Below are positions 23,599-37,500 of a stretch of 64,000 nucleotides of DNA, piece after piece; position 1 is the stretch's first letter, and each line of letters starts with the position of its first letter. A program made the position numbers and the translations under genes. The stretch spans positions 1,116,001 to 1,180,000 of the forward strand of contig JAKMXF010000222.1 in NCBI GenBank assembly GCA_024704765.1, read 5' to 3'. The notes beneath the pieces were generated by a model that saw nothing but the letters and a program-made list of their open reading frames with translations, made no database searches and had not been told where the DNA came from. The stretch comes from Oopsacas minuta (Eukaryota; Animalia; Porifera).

Positions 23599-26500
23599 AC
23601 GAGTGTGAAGTTAGCTGAATATTCGACCAGCAGTACTTCGACCTTTAATTTGACCAACTTCCCATAATCAGAATGTAAATATTTTTAGGCCATTTGAAAG
23701 AAGAGATACGGACATTTCTGAAAAAATTATATTTTATAATCTTTAATTTTTTCTAATAGAAATTGGTGCATCTAACCAGCAGTAGTTCACATATGAATTT
23801 AGTATACTTAAATAAATTATTTTTTTCTCAAATCATGGGCATGATTCCTGCTGTATGGACGTTTATGTGTTTAAAATATTATGGTAAATTATGCAAAACT
23901 TTTTGAGATATTTACATTTAAAAACTGGCTTGTTAGAATCGAGTCTCTATTAGATTTGTACTAAGCATACAAATTTAATGAAACATTCTAATCCATTCTA
24001 ACTATAGTAACGCATATAGATTACTGCAATGTCAACTGTTTGATGTAATACGAAATGATTTGTGAATCTAAATATAGTTTTATTTATTGGTGAATTGTTA
24101 TTCAGTTCAATAAATACGAAAATATTAATCAAAAGTCACAGAATATATCAGATTATAAGATTATGTGATCCTTGCATAGTCTTGATTTGTTGTGTTACGA
24201 GTTGAGTTGATGTATTTAGTTATGTACCTCTCAAGTAGGCAGCAGAAGTTTTGAAACTATAATGACTCACATATATATTCTGGGTTAGATCATAATACTT
24301 TCACTTTTACTGTCATTAAAGTCTATTTCTATCGTTCTTACTTGTCCCTTTCAATTTTCATTGCTCGTAGGGCGTAACGTTATTCTTCAGAGATACGCTA
24401 TGTTGCAGAGCATTAAAGAAGCGCCCTCCAATTTACTTTCCAACAATTTACAAATTTCATCGTTATTCTGTTGACATGGGGTTTTCGTATTATTACGAAA
24501 AACTGTATTATAGCTAAGCTATATTTAAGGAATCAAATATTACTAGACCTCTATTGTTGTACCTATACTATAATCTTGTCTAAAATTTCTAAAACAGGTT
24601 CATAATGATTACCTGTATGTACAATATATATTGATTCATTAGCATTAGCGGGAGGCGAATTCAAAACCTCATCAAAAAAAGAACCTTTGCCGGAGAATAC
24701 ATTCCAACTATTTCCAGTCTCTTTCATCAACACCCATATGTCAGTCTTAAATAGAAGCACTGCTGTAAATAGTTCCAAATCTTCACCCCATACTCCATTG
24801 CCTTTAATGTTTGTTTTATTTATATAATCTATTGTGTTCCTATTAGTATTTAGGTATTTGTTAGTAATAAATTTTCCACTTTTTCTTTTAGCGAACTTGA
24901 CATACTGTCTACAATGCATTTACGTATTATATGAGAATTATCTGGCGAACCTGACACGGAATATACTAAGAAAGAAAATAAGCAGTTCCCATCTCCAGGA
25001 ATATACTGAGTTCTGCTAGGTATATAATAATTCAACGGCCTGTTCATTTGACTATTAATATTATTTATTCCTAGACTTACTCTGACATTAAGTAATGTGT
25101 TACAAATATCTAACTTTCCTGTGTGGGAGATGGGATTATAACTTGGAAGATCATAATTTAAAGTGCACAATTCTATTAGATCCAAATCTGTTATAATATC
25201 AACGTTATTAAATGAGAGGACAACATCTGGGCTCGTGTTTCTTACAGAATCTTTGTCAATATTCCTTTCTTTGTGTAGAATTAACTTTGAATTCAAGTAC
25301 CATTTGTTAAGGAAGTGGGTTATCTCAGCAGTTACTTGGTCCGAACTTATCATTTCTCCTACAGGGATAGGTGTAATGTGGTGGTCGGGATGTTGTAGAG
25401 TTAAAGCATAATAATAATAGATTTGGTGCAAAACTGAGGTTTGCGTATAATGGAACCTGTAGCATCCAAAATGCAAAACTATATCTTTAGTTAAATATTT
25501 CAACACCTCTATCTGCCTCTTCACATATAGATGCATAATGAAGGGTTCCTTAACAAAATATTGGATGTAACCAGGTATTGGCTTTTCACTCAATAAGTTA
25601 CGATAATATTCTTGAGTGATAGAAATATCTGTAATTAGATCATTAGAAAATCTATTAAATGATATAGCTTCAGGTTTTATCTGTCTTAAGCATTCTTGAG
25701 ATCTCAGGTTAGAAAAATTACCTCTACAATTTTCCATTGAGCTACTTTGACAGTTAAGCTGTTTATGAAAAATATTTGTGACAGATGTGTGCTGAAAACT
25801 TTCTCCATAAATTTTCGCAAACTACCAGATATATGACGTGCATGTACAGTCTCTCCATCAGAATGTTGCAAGGAGAGTGAACCACTTAGTACATATTGTA
25901 TTGTGATTGTATTCGTAGTTACAAGCTCGTCAACACAATACTCAAATTTGTAACAATTATAAAACTTGCATTCAGCAGATGCTCGAAAGTAGGGCGCATT
26001 TATTTTTCGGCTGGAAGACTTTATAAACCAATAATTGTTTAATTTAAGAACACATGCTGGATATATTGTAGATATTTTATCGCTAAACACAGCTGTCCAA
26101 TCTCTATTCAACATATCTCTACCTTGTAAATCGTAAAATGACTACTATCCCATTCACCAATCTCAAGAAGAAATTCTCCATTGATGTTTCACTCTGGTGT
26201 CATAAGTAATTCATCAGATTTATCAGATAACGGGGCTATTTGGTCATTAACTGTATTTGAGATAATATTGGTGCATTTGATAGGATCTTCATCTTTAAAA
26301 TCCTCAACAGGAAGATGAGGAGTATTTTTCAGAGCTGGGGTTTGTGATAACCGGGGAAATTTCTATTCCGCATGTCCTAGCATTAATGCAATTAGGATAG
26401 AGGCTTTAAATGCCTCAATACCAATACAGGAAAACTGGTCTCGCAATTTGACTACCCAATGAATAAATTAACTCATCTGATCTTTGGTCAGAAGCAAGTA

Positions 26501-28617
26501 CTTATTCTCAAACAAAATGGTTGATTTACAATCAATTTTATGTAGAACTATCCACATTAGCAACATGGCTGTCTGCCCAATGACTTGATGTTCATACTAA
26601 CTTTTGGGAAAATTATTTACTAATGACTACACTGTACAAATTCAATACTTTCAAATTCCCAAAAACATTCGTAAGAATTTGGACTCCGATAACGGTAAAT
26701 GTTACAACCATCAATCCACAACTGAGCCTGATGATTGTTGTAATAATAATATTCGACTAAACTACTACTATCATTACATCCGCAAAGGTCGATACTGTAT
26801 TGCTCATCTCTCAAGTCATAGTAATGAGATGGGTCTGATGCAGCTGAGGACCAAATTACCATTAGCCTATCATCTAGCAAATCCTGTTCAATTGACTCCC
26901 AACATATTCCTTCATGATTATCATGAAAAGAAGACGCAGATTCCAGGCAATGGACAATATCTCGATAAATTGTGGCAGTTTGAAGAGATGGCAAATCCAC
27001 TATTGAGAAAGAGTCGAGACTATAACTCACAATCAATGATTTGGTTGTACTTTGTGGAGGTGATGGACATAGAGAAAGCGATTTACACGGTATGAAATCT
27101 ATAAATGCCTGAGGCGAGACTGATAGATCGATTATTCGCTCGAATAACACACGTATATTGTGTGAATTATTTTTCCATTTCGAATAAATAGATGTTCGTT
27201 GAGCCGGATTATTGCGGCCATGTAGTTTTTTACAAATAATGCCCCAAATAGAATCACTAACGCTAGGGGCAACAGAAAGTGAACTCGCAACCTCTTTGTA
27301 TGAATTGAAAGTGGATTCGATATACAAAAGTAACAGCTGAAGGTCTCGTGGAACTAAAAAAGGAACATAAAAATACTATATGCGCCGTACTCACCAGAAA
27401 ACGTGTTAAGATAAATATAACTTCTGTTATAGCAATTGATTATTACACATCAAGCACGTGTTCCGATGAGACGGAAATAATTTAAATAGGAAGAAAGGAA
27501 GTTACATTTTGAAATATTGATTCCACTTGAAGTAATAAAACTATTTGGTTCCATTGAAGGAGGGTCGAAACGAAAGTATGATTCTAAATGTGGAGAAAAT
27601 AATACAATCTTTGATATTGGGAAGAATTTAGATACCTTTTTCCTCGAATAGTAGGTAGCCCTTCTTCGAATAATCTCCCCCCTGAATGAACCTCGAAATA
27701 TATAATAGTCCCGGAGTACTATTCGAGAAAAACTGTATATTGAAAATAGACAACAAACCTAGGTCAATAAGACTTGTATTAGAGTTTGGAATTGTAAAAT
27801 CGTGAAATATTTTTTGATGAAAGTGATAAAAATAAAAGAGTGTGTTAATGAATGGATGAAATATAAGATAATATTGATACAAATACCAAAGGACTATTTC
27901 AAAAGGTTTACACTTCAGCAACAGTGTTTTGTATTTCAAATGGAGAAGTTATCATGTGAATATGTATATTATTAGAATGATTTCATGGTACATCTAACAT
28001 TAGTTGATTAAATCATTGAAATTTAACAAATAATTCCGAATTATTCATTTCTACTAGACATTTAAACTTTGATTATTATTTTCTATTTGGGATGTATGGA
28101 AAGTAAATGCTATGGCATTAATTGAAAGTATATTCTGATCTTTGAGTAATTCATAATGACTCAACTGAGATCAAACAGTCAATATTGCAGTAATCTATAT
28201 GCGTTAGTATAGTTAGAATGGATTAGAATGTTTCATTAAATTTGTATGCTTAGTACAAATCTAATAGAGACTCGATTCTAACAAGCCAGTTTTCAAATGT
28301 TAATATCTCAAAATGTTTTGTATATTTTACCATTGTATTTTAAACACATAAACGTCCATACAGCAGGAATACATGCCCATGATTTGAGGAAAAAATAATT
28401 TATTTAATTATACTAAATTTATATGTGAACTACTGCTGGTTAGATGCACCAATTCTATTAGAAAAAATTAAAGATTATAAAATATAATTTGTTTTCAGAA
28501 ATGTCCGTATCTCTTCTTTCAAATGGCCTAAAAATATTTACATTCTGACTATGGGAAGTTGGTCAAATTAATGGTTGAAGTACTGCTGGTCGAATATTCA
28601 GCCAACTTCACACTTGT
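23599..28617 (-). mobile_element. Mutator-like (MULE) element with OTU domain
   Basis: ~450-bp TIRs (23599-~24045 and ~28160-28617). 9-bp TSD GATGACTTA at 23590-23598 and 28618-28626; the opposite TIR of X retains a single copy (45204-45212), confirming the empty site. Confidence 0.88.
24563..27327 (-). pseudogene. MULE transposase (internally deleted) fused to an OTU protease
   Basis: EPFIMHLY..RQ...LH(L)DATGS (frameshifted)...YYYALTL...EITHFLNKW, then an apparent jump to the C-terminal region. OTU motifs PGDGNCLF, GVWGEDLEL and HTGNHYEPV. Confidence 0.7.
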
Positions 28618-28967
28618 GATGACTTAGCAATAGGTTTGAAAGTTTTCCAAATGTGTCGACTATTATGTGTTATTTAATTGGCTTCCCATTCTTAGTTTTC
28701 ATCTACATACTATTGCGGGCTAGCGGATTATGTGTTTAAAATTTCTTTTAACAATATTTATTACTTTATGAATCATTTTAGTTTTAAAAGTTAGACAAAT
28801 AAGTTTGTGATGATTCGACTAGGTCACTTCAGTCACTAATTTTACTCACTTATACTCTTCAGATTTAACGAAACTAGTATAATTGGAAAGACGAGAGTTG
28901 AAGCTTTTCGAAATATGTTTTTATCATAAGAATTTTTACATTTAGTTACTTTTTGGGTTAAAAATTA

Positions 28968-31900
28968 CATAGGTCAACAAGGTTTTTCATCAAAGATCAT
29001 TTATGATTTTCTAACGTGATTTTTTGTCCTGATTTCAAATCTGCTTTCCATTTTTATCTATCACGTGTAGCTTTTTCATAAAATCCAACTATATTATTCC
29101 ATTATTTTCAATAATATAATTCTAAATATTTGAAAGTTTTACAATAGCAAAGTATCACAACTTTTATATTAATGCAATATATCCCAATTTACTAGCTCTA
29201 TTTTTCTCTTTTTTGAATCAATCAATCTGGTTTCTCATAATACATCGCAGATATATTAATACTCCAGACAGACTTTGCTATGTTTGTGGCTCCTTTTGTT
29301 TAAATCACAACGACGTACCATAACAAATGACATCAAGAGAATATATAGCCAATATTTTGATGGTCCTTTAGGTGATCAATATAAGATATGGGCGCCTCAT
29401 GTGATTTGTTCTGCTTGGTTTAGTTGCTTACATGATTGGGTGAACAAAAGAATAACTTCAATGCCTTTTGCAATACCAATGGTTTGGAGGGAACCAAAGA
29501 ATGACTACCATGATTGCTATTTTTGCATCGTAAATACCACTGCGTTTTCGATGAAAAATAATCATAGAATAATTTACCCAGATTTGGAATCTGCTCGCAG
29601 GTCAGTTTCTCACGATGTCTCCTTGCCTGTCCCGACTCCTACGTTATATGGATTTGATTCTCTTTCTGATGGCGTATATACTTTGCCATATTCAATAGAC
29701 GAATCTTCTATTGGTTCAGAATACGTCCCTGAAGATAAGAATTTAGCGTCCTAAACCTTCACACAAGGTGAATTGAATGACCTTGTCAGGGATCTTGATC
29801 TAGCGAAGGAAAAGGCAGAACTTCTTACATCAAGACTTCAACAAAAGAATTTACTCAATAAGAATGGTATAGTGTCCCACTACCGTAAAGAAATTTTTTG
29901 ATTTGGCTCAATATTTTAAAGTTGATGGTCCTCTCTGTAATTCTAATGATATTGACGGGCTTTTTTCTATTTATCACAGGAACATTCATCTTCTGATTGG
30001 CGCCTATATATTGATTCATCGAAACATAGCTAAAGCAGTTTTATTGCATAACGGAAATACAAATCCTGCCATTCCAATTGCTCACTCTGTACATCTTAAG
30101 GAGTCCTATATAAACCTGGAAGAAGTTTTGGTTGTGATCAAATATAGAACACGCTGGTGGGATAAATCTGGGGATCTTAAGGTTATTGGTCTGTTAATGG
30201 GATTGCAACAAGGATTTACCAAATATTCCTGCTTTCTTTGTTTATGGGATAGTCGTGCAACAATAGATCATTACAAAAAGCGTGATTGGCCCAAGAGAAC
30301 AAATTCTAAACTAGGCATATCCAATATTGAGTATTCACCATTGGTAGATCCCAATAATATCTTTTTGTCACCACTTCATATAAAACTCATATTGATGAAA
30401 AGTTTCGTCATAACAATGAATAAAACAAATTCTACGGGGTTTCGCTATATTCTTGAGAAATTTCCCAAACTAAGTGATGCTAAGCTTATAGAAGGTGTAT
30501 TTATTGGATCACAAATTAGGGAAGTTCCCAAGGATGAAGAGTGGTGACAATATACTTTCCGCTAAGGAATTACCAGCTTGGAAATCTTTCAAATTGATTG
30601 TGAAAACCTCCTAGGTAATATGAACTCAACAGAGCATTAGAGGGAGTAAAAACTTAATTCAATTATATGAAAATATGCGATGCCGTATGTCATTGAAATA
30701 CACTTTTTGCACTTCTATCTTGATTTTTCGAGAAAACATTGGTGCTGTAAGCCAGTGTTTCGCAACCTTTTTCAACCACGGACCTCTTTTTGTTCCATTT
30801 CCAACCTTGCGGACCCCTAACATTTGATTTGTGTTTATTTCCAAATATTATGGTTAAAATCTATTTATTTTCTTAGACAACAATCAAGTGATATAAGTAA
30901 TGTTTGCTATTACAATGAAAATGTCTCATAATGTAATATGTTTCTAGTAATTAATTGTTTCCTTGTGCTTGGATGATATGTGTTAATTTTTCAAAATTGG
31001 GTGATATTTTAGTAAGTGCAATGCGTAAACCATTGTGGATATCCAATCTATTTCTTAATTTTGTTTTAATCATTGTCACAGCACTGAACACATTTTCCGC
31101 AAAGTAGGTAGTCGCAAATGGCGAAATTCTGTCTTTGATTGCTACTGTGGCTAAAGTCGGTGCAAGTTTCCTGCCTTGACTAATCCAGAAATCTACATAT
31201 CCAAATTTCTCGAGATGACGTTTTCGCAGTCATGTTTACTTGGATGTCAATAAGTTCTTCCTGTGCTTTGTTGCCAATTTCAGCTACATCATCAGCAGTT
31301 GCGGTAAAAGGATTGGCAACAAAGTTCAGCTTGGTAACGTTTGGAATGTCATCAAATCTTCGATTGATCTCTATTTCCAGATTGTCCACACGCTGGATAA
31401 ATATTAAGGACAACTCAAGTGGAAGTTTGCATTTAGCCAATTCTGATAATTGTGGAAACATGTCATATTCCCCACGTTCTAGCTTTGTCCTCCAAACTTT
31501 TAATCGTCCACAGAAACTATTCATAACTTGCATGCAATCGATGAGTGTGATATCTTTACCTTGGAGTTTGAGGTTGAATGGTTATAGTGATCAAAAATGT
31601 GAGAGATAGCCCAACAGATGACAAATTGAATATTCTCAAAAAACGCAGAATATTTACTATCAATATTTTTCAGAAATTCTAAGATTCTGTCTCTTAATTC
31701 AAATACTCTACCAAGTACCCGACCTCTCGATAACCACCCCAGTTCTGTGTGAAGGAGTAGTTACTGATGGTCTTTATCTGCACATAGCTATGCGATTAAG
31801 CGTGAGTTGAGTGGCCTTGATTTTAGGAGGTTAACGACTTTGATGCAACATATAACACATCACTTAGTTTTTCTGAGAGTTTCTTGGCTGCCAATGCTTG

Positions 31901-33647
31901 CTTGTGAATGAAACAGTGAATAATTCTCCACTGGGGTGCCATTGCTTTTAGTCTCGTATTGAAGCCTTTATTCTTGCCCATCATGGAAGCAGCTCCATCA
32001 GTGCAACACCCTATAAGATTTACATATTTCCGGTGATGTAACTGAAAAAAGTATCTACAGCATTGAATATGTCTTCGCCTTTAGTTGTTGTTGTTAGATT
32101 TACTGATAATAAAATATCATTTCAAGTGTGTCTTAGTAATCTATCGGGCGTATACAAGAAGAAGTGCTTCAGAAGAGATTGTGGTGTTCTCATCTAATTG
32201 AATTGAAAAGTTATCAGACGCTCGAATTTCATTTAATAACTGTTCTTCACAATTTATAGCTATGTCGTCGATTCTTCTCTTTACTGTGTCCGCTGATAAT
32301 GGTATCAATTGTATCTTCTTAGCTGCTTAATCGCCTTGGAGTATGGATACCATTTCAATACAATAAGGCTTTATCAGCTCTTCCCCAATATTATGGGGTT
32401 TTTTAGCCTTGGCAATATTGAAACTGACATGATAAGAAATCTTGGTCGCTAGTTCGAGATCTTTATCTTACTAAAAAGAATCCTTAATCATAGGGGGCCT
32501 GTTAGATAGATAAAGTAACCTTTTCCGCTCAAAAATTGAATCTCCAGATTCAATATAGTTGAGTGTTTTGTCTCTTGGTGACGTTTTAGTTTGGATGGTT
32601 TCATCGCATCATTAGAAAGTATTTCTCTGCAGATTACACATTCTGGTTTTGAAATATCAACTCTTGATGCGATAAAACCAAATTTGAGATATGTTGGATA
32701 GTATATACGAGATTTGATATGAAATGAAACAGTTTTTCCACTTGAGGCCATCTCAATTTTATTACAGTATATTAATGGAAGCTGTATGTCGTCAGATTTG
32801 TTAAATATTAGAAAAGACAATGAACCGTAAATGAAACGAAGCGTACTTAGTTTGTATATCGAAATTAAACAAGATGATTTTTAAATACTTCTCTTTTATA
32901 CAAATTGCAATAATCTATAAACCGCCCAAATCATATTTTAAGAACGCTGCCTATTGAGGTTTCTGATATTAATATTTGCGAAGCAAAAAGACATTGAGTA
33001 AATTTCCAAGAATATAATTGGATGTTATTTAATCCAAGTAAATGTTCTCATGGACCCCTGCGGACCCCTAAAATCATCATACGGACGTCTAGGGGTCCAA
33101 GGACCTCACGTTGCGGAACACTGCTGTAAGCGATGAACAGGGCGAACGATTTCACCAGGACATTCTCAGAATGGAAAATCGATATCAAGGTTTCTGAAAT
33201 GACAGTATGATGGCGGACTGTTGCTGGATGTTGTACAGGGATGAACCAAGGAGAGTTTACAAAAGGAATTCTTACTCTCAACGTTTTTGATGTTTTAAAT
33301 GTTTCTTTTTGTTTATTCAACTTATATATCTCACAAATGTGAAAATCTTTCAATTTGCTATTGTAAGATAGTTAGATTCTAATTTGATACTCAATTAATT
33401 ATTCAATTATTCACATTGAGACTCTAATAACAAGCATTAGTTAGCTGAACAACTTTTAGCATTTATTAAACATAATAATATATGTAATATTTCGAAATGG
33501 AATTCGAAAATTTCAAGTTAGAATATAAAAACTGTCTACGTGGTAGAGAAGAATGAATGGCAGATTTGAAATCAGCACAAAAAGTAGTCTAGAAAAATAC
33601 CCATTTTTGCTTGATGAGAATAATAAGTGAAAATTTGTTGACCTGTG
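28968..33647 (+). mobile_element. Chapaev3-like (CMC) transposon, disrupted, containing a Buster hAT
   Basis: TIRs CATAGGTCAACAA / TTGTTGACCTGTG with 3-bp TSD TTA. Motifs GDQ.KIWAPH.IC...MPFAIPMVWREP...DCYFC, KYSCFLCLWDSR, PLHIKL, and GAVS|DEQGERFHQDI split by the insertion. Confidence 0.8.
30753..33123 (-). mobile_element. hAT Buster/Charlie-type element, disrupted transposase (~31150-32751)
   Basis: TIRs CAGTGTTTCGCAAC / GTTGCGGAACACTG; 8-bp TSD CTGTAAGC with central TA. BED finger KPECVICREILSNDAMKPSKLKRH; HTELGWLSRG-type motif. Confidence 0.9.
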
Positions 33648-34524
33648 TTATTAGGGTCAACACTCCCTTGCATTTACTCACCTAAAAGTTTATAATTCGA
33701 TTCTGAAATTCTCTGTGCATACTTTGGTCATATGGACGTTTATTACAACTAATTTCATTAAAACATATTAATAACTTGTAGAGCAAGTGAAATTCAATTT
33801 TTGGTATGTAGTGCGAGTGGTAGGGGGTGAATCATATTCTGCATAATGTAGAGTCAGTTCAAACTCATGTTTCTTACCCTTAATCCGACTGAATTTCGAT
33901 TATTTTTATGCTAATCGATAGTTGAGATATAGTTGTGTATAACAATATTTATATTTTCGTGAAACACTTTACTTTATCGCCAGCAATGGCCTGCAAAAAT
34001 CGTTGAATACTTGTATTACGAATTCTAACTTTGAGATCAATTCTGAAATTATTTCTCTTCAGAAACCCTTCAAAATTTACAGAACCCTTCTTTTGTATCT
34101 TAATAATTCAATTTCCATAAAAACCAGGGGGGGTGCTAGTACTTTTTCTTTGATTTTTAATATGTTTTTATATTGTTTTTTTCTTGTTTCTTATTGTAAT
34201 TATTGCACAAACTCTACTTGTTAGAATGTACAGCACTTGCTTTGACCATTAGTACGTATAGAATTCATATCCTCATACTTGTTATAGTTGCCATTGTTAC
34301 TTGTTTCAACAATTAATTATATTTAGGGACCTCTTTGTAGTTAACTTACCACCAAATAAAGTTGATATACAATTTTTGTATAGTATCACAGATGAGTAAT
34401 ATTATAGTATTATACCACTCTCATCTTATAGAATTTCTTCATCATGTTGGTTCAAAGAGATAAGTTTAGATATAGTATTTATAGCTATTTTCCATTTATC
34501 TCCAAAGCAATATGGAAATATCAG

Positions 34525-37500
34525 TGTGACAGATATGTAAATCTAGTGAAGCAGTTAGCTTCGATTAGAAACAGCCATAAACTGTCTTATCTACAATACT
34601 ATAGTATCTAACTTTATCACAATTTACATATCGTGTATTCTACATATATCACGACTTAAATATTGTTTAGTAGGTTCTTGCTATGTCTATCTCCCATCTC
34701 ATTCGTCACATAACAATAATTTAGTTATTCAATCTCTATGGCCGCACCACTCAAAATCTCTATTCCACCACTGAAAGGACAGCAACAAGTAATATGCTTT
34801 GCACCCATTGTGTACTGCAGCGACTAGCTCCCTAGTAGCGATGTCTACAGAGAAGGCAGCGCTACAGATGCTACCCTCCTTCATCTGCCGCAACGAGTAC
34901 GAGCGATCTACTATTTGAGAGGCTATTAAGGAAGAAAAACTGGATGTAGCATTCACTCTACTATGTACTAGTTTCCATCCACCAATTGACTAGTTCGAAG
35001 CTATGCTACAGTTTCGAAAAATGCAATAGGCAATAAGTATCGCAATAGAAGTTTTTTCGATCAACTTAGAAAGCAAGCCAAACAATCTCGCCAGCCTAAC
35101 ATGGTGGCTTGTTTAGCTTTCGTGGGAGAAATCCAAGAACAGGTTCAATCTGCAGTCAAGTCCAGGGTTCGGGTAAAGAAGGGGTGCACATAAAGGAAGA
35201 AAGAATTTGTAACACTAGTACACTCTACCTTACGTCCAAAGGGATTGGTCTTGGATCACGTCACCCTCCCTACGCCAAGTGGAGATTAAAATAGGAAGAC
35301 AGAAACAACACCCTGTAACCCTTTAATTTCAGTGGCAGACGTAAGTGATACAACAGAACAACTTGAGGTATATAAAGTTTGGACCTCACAGAAGATCCCT
35401 CGGGACAGAGAGCTTTCGTCGGGAAATACAAACGAACTTCAGATGTTCCACCTGCGGAAAAATGGATCACGGGTGGAGAGCCTGCCCAGATCAGACATCC
35501 GAAAAATGCAATAGGCGGGGATATAGTACGAATCAATGTAAAGAGTGCAGTTATCAAAGGGGATCGTTGGGAAATTCTCGGAAGATATATATGATAGATG
35601 AGTGAGAAACAGTGTAGCTAAGCAGCGACAATCTCGGTATATGTAGCTGGAACTATAATCCGTCCGCTTTTAGACTGTCGCGAGGATCAGCATGATGAAC
35701 ACGAAAAGTTTGAAATGATTGTGGCTGTCGCACAAACTGGTGGCCGAGGGTGGACAAGTTTACAGAGTATGTAAGACCCCAGTCAATATAGTTGGACATG
35801 TAGATGTCTAAGTCAGAATACCGGAGAAAAAAGTCATATGGAGCATATCCACGTGCTCACAGGAGAGGATCAGACGCTCCTACTACTTGGGATGCGATTC
35901 ATGCAAATGTTTGTACGTGTTGTTTTCTATTGGCAGTCAGGTGTAGTGGAGTTAGGAAGTGCCAAGTTGCCAATCTTGGCAAAAGCGACCAATGGTATCC
36001 ATTGTTGGAGGACGAGCGATGAAGTCGAGTCTAGAAGAAACAAATATGACAGTCATCAGAGAGGAATTTTACGGGGAGCTACCATTTGGGCAAGGCATAG
36101 ATCGTCTCATCAAAGAACAAGTTTAGACGAAAGGCCATGAAGGACGGGAGCTTACGAACATGGGATTTATGTTGGGGACGCACCACCTGTGAAGAATAGG
36201 CAGCGTAGACTACCGCCCGGATGGGAAGAGGAAATTCACAAGCAACTCAACGAACTATTATCACCGAAACTCTGCAGACCTTCGAACTCACCATGGGCGA
36301 GTAATGTTGTACTTGATAACAACAGCTGCTGAGAGGTTGGCTAGATTCCCTAGACCAGAGACGGTGCCTGAGTTGCAAAGATTCTTTGGTAGCCTGAATT
36401 TCAATCGCTCCTACATACGTACCCGGTAATACTGGTTGAACCATTATATAAATTGGCTAGGAAAGGGGAGAAATAGGAGTGGAATGAAGAGGTAGATAGA
36501 AAGCCTTCCTTACCCTAAGAGATAAGCTCTTGGAGGAGCCAGTCATTTTTGCGTTCCCAAATTGGAGTAAGGACTTTGTGGTTCGAAACGGACGCTAGCT
36601 CGACCACTGTCGCAGCAGTACTATCCCAACGTGGGGCCAAAACTGGGCATCTCCGGCCAATTGACTACTTCTAATCCTCATTGAAGAAATAACAAAGAAA
36701 TTATTCCGCAGAACAGCTGGAGGCTTTGGGTCTCGTCGCAGCATGTAGAATGTTGTGTACATACTTGAGAGCATCCATCACAATACAATTGATTACGGAT
36801 CATAATCCATTACGATGATTGCGAAGGAAAAGGACTTCAGACACACCTTCGCCAGATGGCTTATGGAGTTGGATGAATATATTATGAGATAATATACAGG
36901 CCCAGTAGAGAAAACGTACCTCCTGATTACTTGAGCAGAGCACCTAGCCAGAACATTGGCTGGGAAGTTCAATACTAAGTTATATTTGAAGACAAAGAAT
37001 TTACTGTAATACAATAGGATTTGAAATCAGAATGTCAAACAACATTTTTAAGACCTCGTGTTACGTAATACAATAGAGAAGATAAACTCAAGAAACAATT
37101 ATCACCGGGCAACTGAGAAGGGTTTCTTCCCATCTTAACATACATGAAGACACATTGTACTTCGACAGACGACTCGTAATCCCAAAACGATGTAGTCCCA
37201 AATGATAGATAATATTCATACTGTGAGGCACTTCGGCATAGCAAGGACCTTACACGACCTTAGGAAAAATTGTTTTCGGGTTGGGATGGCAAGTGATGCA
37301 ATAAGATGTTATAGACCCTACACGAAGTAAGCCACCAATTCAGCCGAACAGCCACTGTAAACATTCGATACTTCCGAGATCGGCCAGAGGGATCTCGTCG
37401 CCATAGATGTTGCTACGCTCCCATGTTCAGACGATACGTATAGATACTGCCTGTGTATCGTTTATGTGTTCACACGATATATGAGGCGGTATCCTTAGAG

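Noticed and set aside
26604-27095. 163-aa plus-strand ORF
   Set aside because: Antisense shadow of the MULE N-terminal frame.
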